DNA from: Pseudanabaena yagii GIHE-NHR1
GTDB taxonomy: Bacteria > Cyanobacteriota > Cyanobacteriia > Pseudanabaenales > Pseudanabaenaceae
Reading direction: 5' to 3'
Length of the DNA stretch: 40,000 bases
NCBI RefSeq assembly: GCF_012863495.1
Contig: NZ_JAAVJL010000002.1
Location: 684,271 to 724,270 of the forward strand
The notes beneath the pieces are model-generated. The model was not told the DNA's origin and ran no database searches. It was given only the letters and a program-made list of their open reading frames with translations. Made by a program: the position numbers and the translations under genes. This document shows positions 35,374-40,000 of the stretch, piece after piece (the stretch's first letter is position 1; every line of letters starts with the position of its first letter).

Positions 35374-35832
35374 ATGTCAAAAGAGATCTCGTTTAGATGG
35401 TTTAGTGTATTTGTATGTTTTTATGAGATCGCTAGCTTGATTGTCTACCTGACAACATCTTTTTCCTCTTTGGCTTGGATCATTGCATTTTTTTCACTCT
35501 TACCATTTTATGGAGTTTGTGTAATTAGCATGATTGTAGCAACCATCAAAAAACGCAATGCTAGAGTCAGGTATTACAGGGCTTTTATTCCATTAATATT
35601 CGTACTTCAAGCAGCCAAGCTTTTATCTAGCCCCGCAAGCTGCTATGGATGGAGTCAGGGTAATAGTTGCTACTCATTATTACAATTATTACTAGATCCT
35701 GCAAATCTCAAAACGCTTTCAAATCCGCCTCCCCATTGGCTAACAATCGAATCCATATTTCCAATTGCATTAATCCTTTATATGATTTCTGTTGGAGCTT
35801 TTTTGCTGACGATTCGCGTTCAAGAAGTTTAA
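35374..35832 (+). CDS. Hypothetical multi-pass membrane protein
   Basis: 152 aa with about four hydrophobic helices. I recognise no family. Confidence 0.4.
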   Translation: MSKEISFRWFSVFVCFYEIASLIVYLTTSFSSLAWIIAFFSLLPFYGVCVISMIVATIKKRNARVRYYRAFIPLIFVLQAAKLLSSPASCYGWSQGNSCYSLLQLLLDPANLKTLSNPPPHWLTIESIFPIALILYMISVGAFLLTIRVQEV

Positions 35833-36000
35833 AAGGATAACCCTATGAAGTCTCAGGGTGATAATAATTTGGTGTAGTATCAGCCATCAGGGCAATTGTA
35901 ATTCAGTATAACGTCCCAATCTTGACTCTTTTGATTACCTCTTAATCTCAAAAAGTCACTTTTATCCGAACTTCCAACCTATAAGAAGTCTAATACTAGT

Positions 36001-37599
36001 ATGCTCGAAAATGCTCGTGAATTTCTTTCCCAGATTAATAATTACCCAATCTCATCAAGACTAGAGGAAGAGATAACAAATAGCGATCGCGCTTTATTTA
36101 TTCTCCATGACCAATTGAATCTTGCTGTTTTTCCTAGAGATTTACTTGATCGTAAGCCAATTTTAATCTTTGTCGAATCTCTAGCCTATGCCACCTCTAT
36201 TCCGCATCACAAACAGAAATTAGTTTATATATTGAGCACTCAGAGGCACTTTGCAATTAGCTGCTATCAGAAGGGTTTTCTCATTGTTAATCTATTTGCC
36301 GAAGGGGCTTATGCTGATGCTTTAGAGGAATTCCTCATACGTTATCCAAATATAGAGTTAACCTATATGCAGCCTTCTGAATGGGATACGCGATCGCAGA
36401 TGGCAAGATTAGCAAATATATTTGGTAAGCGTATTAAGGCTTTACCCAATCAATTTTTCATTGCTGATGTTGAGAAGTTTAAACCTAAAATCAAAAAAGG
36501 TTATCGCCTAGAAACTTTTTATCGAGAATTACGAAAACAGACAGGCTATCTGATGCAAGACGGTAAACCGATTGGCGGTAATTGGAACTACGATAAAGAG
36601 AACCGCAAGGCATTACCGAAACAGATAGTAATTCCAGAAATCCCAGAAATTAAACCTGATCCCATTACTCAGGAAGTAATTGAGCTAGTCCAGAAATACC
36701 TTCCCAATACATTTGGGAAGGTAGATAAATTTATTTATGCTGTAACCCGCGATCGCGTCCTTGAGCTAGCTCAATTATTTGTCGAAACCCGCTTATCCAG
36801 ATTTGGAGCTTACGAAGACGCAATCAAAGTAGGAGAACCATTTCTATTTCATTCAGTATTATCAATATATCTAAATAATGGCTTGCTCTTACCAAGGGAG
36901 ATCTGTGAAATGGCGATCGCAGCCTATGAAAAAGAATTAGCTCCTCTGAACTCCGTTGAAGGATTTGTACGCCAGATCCTCGGATGGAGGGAGTATATTC
37001 GCATTTATTATGAAGCAAAGATGCCAGATGTCCGCGAGAGTAACTATTTTGGATTTGATAACCATCTACCGCAGTTCTATTGGGATGCAAATACAGATTT
37101 ACTATGTCTCAAAGATGCGATTACCCAAGTTTTAAATTACGGCTATTCACATCACATTCAACGCTTGATGATCTTAAGCAATTTCAGCAATCTCATCAAC
37201 ACTGATCCCCGCCACCTAAATCGCTGGTTTTGGCTTGCCTATGTGGATGCCTATGAATGGGTTGAACTACCTAATGTCCTAGGAATGTCTACCTTTGCGG
37301 ATGGAGGCATATTAGCATCTAAGCCCTATGTCTCGGGAGGTAACTATATCAATAAAATGAGCAATAGTTGCTCGCAGTGCAAATACAATGTGAAGGAAAA
37401 AACGGGCGAAACTGCTTGTCCATTTAACTATTTATATTGGAATTTTGTCGATAAACATCGCGAAAGCTTTACTGAAAATGGAAGAGTCTCACTTATGGTA
37501 AATGCTTATGACAAAAAGACAGAAGATGAGAAACAGGAAATTCATCTATCAGCAAGCAAATTTATAAATGGTATAAAGTATGCTCCTTTAATTAGCTAG
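36001..37599 (+). CDS. Cryptochrome/photolyase-family protein of the FeS-BCP (PhrB/CryB-like, COG3046) type
   Basis: 532 aa: HKQKLVYILSTQRHF...ETFYRELRKQTGYLM...GGNWNYDKENR...GWREYIR...SHHIQRLMILSNF...WFWLAYVDAYEWVELPNVLGM...GGNYINKMS. Four Cys lie at the expected Fe-S positions (LLCL, CSQC, ACP). Confidence 0.75.
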   Translation: MLENAREFLSQINNYPISSRLEEEITNSDRALFILHDQLNLAVFPRDLLDRKPILIFVESLAYATSIPHHKQKLVYILSTQRHFAISCYQKGFLIVNLFAEGAYADALEEFLIRYPNIELTYMQPSEWDTRSQMARLANIFGKRIKALPNQFFIADVEKFKPKIKKGYRLETFYRELRKQTGYLMQDGKPIGGNWNYDKENRKALPKQIVIPEIPEIKPDPITQEVIELVQKYLPNTFGKVDKFIYAVTRDRVLELAQLFVETRLSRFGAYEDAIKVGEPFLFHSVLSIYLNNGLLLPREICEMAIAAYEKELAPLNSVEGFVRQILGWREYIRIYYEAKMPDVRESNYFGFDNHLPQFYWDANTDLLCLKDAITQVLNYGYSHHIQRLMILSNFSNLINTDPRHLNRWFWLAYVDAYEWVELPNVLGMSTFADGGILASKPYVSGGNYINKMSNSCSQCKYNVKEKTGETACPFNYLYWNFVDKHRESFTENGRVSLMVNAYDKKTEDEKQEIHLSASKFINGIKYAPLIS

Positions 37600-37619
37600 G
37601 CATAATTCAATATAAAATT

Positions 37620-38297
37620 TTATTTAAGTCTACCAAAGGCGATCGGGGTTATCTCTTCCCGTTTTGACAATCCTCCTCGCCAGTAATAAGCGATCGCATT
37701 GCCTTCAGCATTTTGAACTATGCCTATCGTTCCAGTTCCCAAACCAGTTTGCCCTTTGCTGCGACTATCCTTTGCGTGGGGTGCGCTCGTCGAGTCAATT
37801 ACTGGAATCAGGATCTCATTGGGGCGATCGGGGTTCAGACTTGGCTTGGCGCGAACAAGCATGACATGACCAGTATTGTGACTGTCAAGGTCTTGGGGAC
37901 GCAACCAAGCAACAATATCGCCACCACGTAAATCACTCGCTTTATGAATCCGCTTCCAGTGCTTAGTTTCTTTAGCTTGGGTAGCAAATAATGTATAAAA
38001 GTCTTGAGCGAGGGGACGGTGAACTTTTGATTTAGAGACGGGTATTTCTGCATAGGCTTCTGGCAATACCCTTTGGAGTGAGTAGTCTAAGAAGCCCGAA
38101 CAATCATAGTTATAGCGTCCGTTAGCTTCATCTACATCAGTAATATGTTGGTAAGTTGAGGTTTGCATTGCCGCAAGTTGCCGTTCGGCTTCTTGCAGTA
38201 AAAATTTATTCTCAGTAGTTTTTGACAAAGCAGCAAAGGTTATTCCTAAGGTGGCTAGCGAAGCGATACCGATAAAAGTTATTTTCTGAACATTCAT
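37620..38297 (-). CDS. Signal-anchored NlpC/P60-like (papain-fold) hydrolase candidate
   Basis: I moved the start to MNVQKITFIGIASLATLGITFAAL (signal/anchor). The motifs YNYDCSGFLDY (Cys) and NTGHVMLV (His) resemble the NlpC/P60 catalytic dyad. Confidence 0.4.
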   Translation of the reverse strand: MNVQKITFIGIASLATLGITFAALSKTTENKFLLQEAERQLAAMQTSTYQHITDVDEANGRYNYDCSGFLDYSLQRVLPEAYAEIPVSKSKVHRPLAQDFYTLFATQAKETKHWKRIHKASDLRGGDIVAWLRPQDLDSHNTGHVMLVRAKPSLNPDRPNEILIPVIDSTSAPHAKDSRSKGQTGLGTGTIGIVQNAEGNAIAYYWRGGLSKREEITPIAFGRLK

Positions 38298-38301
38298 TTG
38301 G

Positions 38302-38625
38302 CTATTTCTCCAAACACTCGAATACCTCATTCAACTCGGCTATTCCTCGAACTAGGCGATCGCGCAAATTATCATTAAGCTTGGGATTTTGCAAAGCTAC
38401 CTCTTGGATGGCGACTAACCATTTAGACATTGGTACATAGCTAACGGCGGCGCGTAGTCCCATATTGGTGAGTACTGCTAGATAAAAGCCTTTGAAATCT
38501 TCTGGATAGCCGTAGTCATAGAAGCCATGTATCAGCTCTAGTTTGTCGGGGGTATAGGCTTCATATTGATCAAGGGTGATTGGGGTGCGATCGCTTTGGG
38601 GTTGAGGAAGGGGTGGTTGAATCAT
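38302..38625 (-). CDS. Hypothetical 107-aa protein
   Basis: Its stop lies 4 nt upstream of the NlpC/P60-like start, suggesting an operon. I recognise no family. Confidence 0.4.
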   Translation of the reverse strand: MIQPPLPQPQSDRTPITLDQYEAYTPDKLELIHGFYDYGYPEDFKGFYLAVLTNMGLRAAVSYVPMSKWLVAIQEVALQNPKLNDNLRDRLVRGIAELNEVFECLEK

Positions 38626-38788
38626 TGGGATTACTTAGCCTCTAATTCAAAAAATTTAGTATATGGGCATTAGCTAAATCAATGTTCGATTTACTAAGAT
38701 TATCTTGCAAACTTAAAGTAGCTTTTGAAAATATATTAGCGTCTTCAGCCTTAGCAACAATATTACTGGATTACTTGGATCACCCTAA

Positions 38789-40000
38789 ATGCAAAACCGG
38801 AATTTACCGCCACAAATCCTCTCACGCGCAGAAGGTATCGCAAAAGGAAAAGCTCTGCGGGAACGAGTACCGCGCTCAAGTCATGAGGAGTGGAAAACCT
38901 CATCAGAGCGATCTGAACCTATGGCAATATTAGAAACATCTAACCAAGGCAGATTGCCAGAATTAGTGCCACTGAGATACGGACGAATGCTCGCATCTTC
39001 CTTTGCATTTCTGCGAGGAGCCGCCAGCATTATGGCATTCGATTTGAGCAAAACGCCTACAACTGGCATAAAAGTGCAGGCTTGCGGGGACTGCCACTTG
39101 TCCAACTTTGGTGGGTATGGCACACCAGAACGAAATCTTGTCTTCGATGTTAATGACTTTGACGAGACCCTACTAGCCCCTTGGGAATGGGATGTGAAGC
39201 GGCTAGCTACTAGCATCGTGGTGGCAGGGCGATCGCTTAAATTCTCAGACAAAATCAGTCGCATGGCAGCGATCGCTGCTGTTCAATCTTACCGCGAACA
39301 TATGAATGAATATGCCCAAATGACCATGATGCAGGTTTGGTATGATCGCATTGGAGTTGAATCACTACTTGCGTTTACTGATCGCGCCAAACAACTCAAG
39401 AAATTGAAAAATGAAGTGATAAAAGCACGGGCATTAACACCCGTAATGGAACTGCAAAAATTGACCGAAATAGTTCAGGGACAAAGACGTTTTATCAGCA
39501 ATCTACCCTCAGTATCGCGTCCAATGCCTGAAGATTCTCTGGCATCGGAGATGTTATCGGTCTTTCAGAAATATCGGCAAACTTTACGCGAAGATATCCG
39601 CATTTTGCTAGACCATTATCGCGTTGTGGATGTCGCAATGAAGGTAGTGGGAGTTGGCAGTGTTGGTACACGCTGTGGAATTGCTCTACTGGTGACGGGG
39701 GATAATGACCCTTTATTCCTACAAATTAAGGAAGCTCGCAGTTCTGTACTGGAAGCGTATGTAGGTAAAAGTAGTTACGATAATCACGCTCAAAGGGTAG
39801 TTACAGGACAGCGACTGATGCAAGCCTCAACCGATATCTTCCTTGGCTGGGCAAGGGGCGAGTACGGGCATGATTTTTACCTGCGGCAACTTAGGGATAT
39901 GAAGATTTCTGTCGAGATTGACAGTATGTCGGATACAGATTTGCGGGGCTATTCGCAGTTATGTGGCTGGGCTTTGGCACGAAGCCACGCTCGAACTGGC
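38789..40000 (+). CDS. DUF2252-domain protein (3' end runs off the window)
   Basis: My translation from ATG 38789 reads MQNRNLPPQILSRAEGIAKGKALRERVPRSSHEEWKTSSERSEPMAILETSNQGRLPELVPLRYGRMLASSFAFLRGAASIMAFDL...CGDCHLSNFGGYGTPERNLVFDVNDFDET. The frame stays open to position 40000. The minus-strand track ORF 38881..39264 is its antisense shadow. Confidence 0.7.
   Translation, partial: MQNRNLPPQILSRAEGIAKGKALRERVPRSSHEEWKTSSERSEPMAILETSNQGRLPELVPLRYGRMLASSFAFLRGAASIMAFDLSKTPTTGIKVQACGDCHLSNFGGYGTPERNLVFDVNDFDETLLAPWEWDVKRLATSIVVAGRSLKFSDKISRMAAIAAVQSYREHMNEYAQMTMMQVWYDRIGVESLLAFTDRAKQLKKLKNEVIKARALTPVMELQKLTEIVQGQRRFISNLPSVSRPMPEDSLASEMLSVFQKYRQTLREDIRILLDHYRVVDVAMKVVGVGSVGTRCGIALLVTGDNDPLFLQIKEARSSVLEAYVGKSSYDNHAQRVVTGQRLMQASTDIFLGWARGEYGHDFYLRQLRDMKISVEIDSMSDTDLRGYSQLCGWALARSHARTG

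Noticed and set aside
38881-39264. 127-aa minus-strand ORF in the track
   Set aside because: It is antisense to a much better, window-truncated + strand DUF2252 gene (38789..40000), whose translation has clear family motifs. The minus ORF is Ser/Arg-rich with no recognisable features.

Overview
HIP1 (GCGATCGC)-rich cyanobacterial DNA. About 28 kb of the window (1.7-29.3 kb) is a complete Mo-nitrogenase (nif) island, organised like those of non-heterocystous cyanobacteria (my recollection; not checked against any genome). It contains: the Fe-S/HTH regulator cnfR/patB; molybdate uptake genes mop-modA-modBC; a CBS-CP12 fusion gene; and two divergent nif operons. The leftward operon reads nifP, a 38-aa ORF, Mo-nitro_C, a fused nifE-nifN, nifX, DUF269, DUF683, nifW, hesA, hesB, fdxH, fdxB, a cupin, an ArsC-like gene and two unknowns. 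The rightward operon starts across a 1-kb intergenic region and reads nifB, a degenerate fdxN, nifS, nifU, nifH, nifD, nifK, nifV, nifZ, nifT. The nifP/nifB intergenic region is a large quasi-mirror image: each gene has the same roughly 150-bp upstream module at the same distance from its ATG. Almost every intercistronic gap holds a strong hairpin, a heptamer tandem array or a G/C-hairpin MITE-like element. To the right of nifT the sequence changes character. It holds gene debris, then a visibly AT-rich, HIP1-poor 3.8-kb gene for a 1253-aa protein (Mrr-like nuclease motifs, P-loop NTPase, long helical region). I read this protein as a candidate NLR/Avs-type anti-phage sensor, and it is the best candidate for an undescribed system here. 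An IS4-family element lies 42 bp upstream of that gene, lacks a target-site duplication and truncates a YbjQ/DUF74 gene. The window ends with a membrane protein, an FeS-BCP-type photolyase, an NlpC/P60-like pair and a partial DUF2252 gene. The left edge holds a partial aldo/keto reductase and an IS30-type transposase remnant. I saw no rRNA, tRNA or CRISPR array. All calls rest on reading motifs in the supplied translations and the raw sequence; no database search was run.
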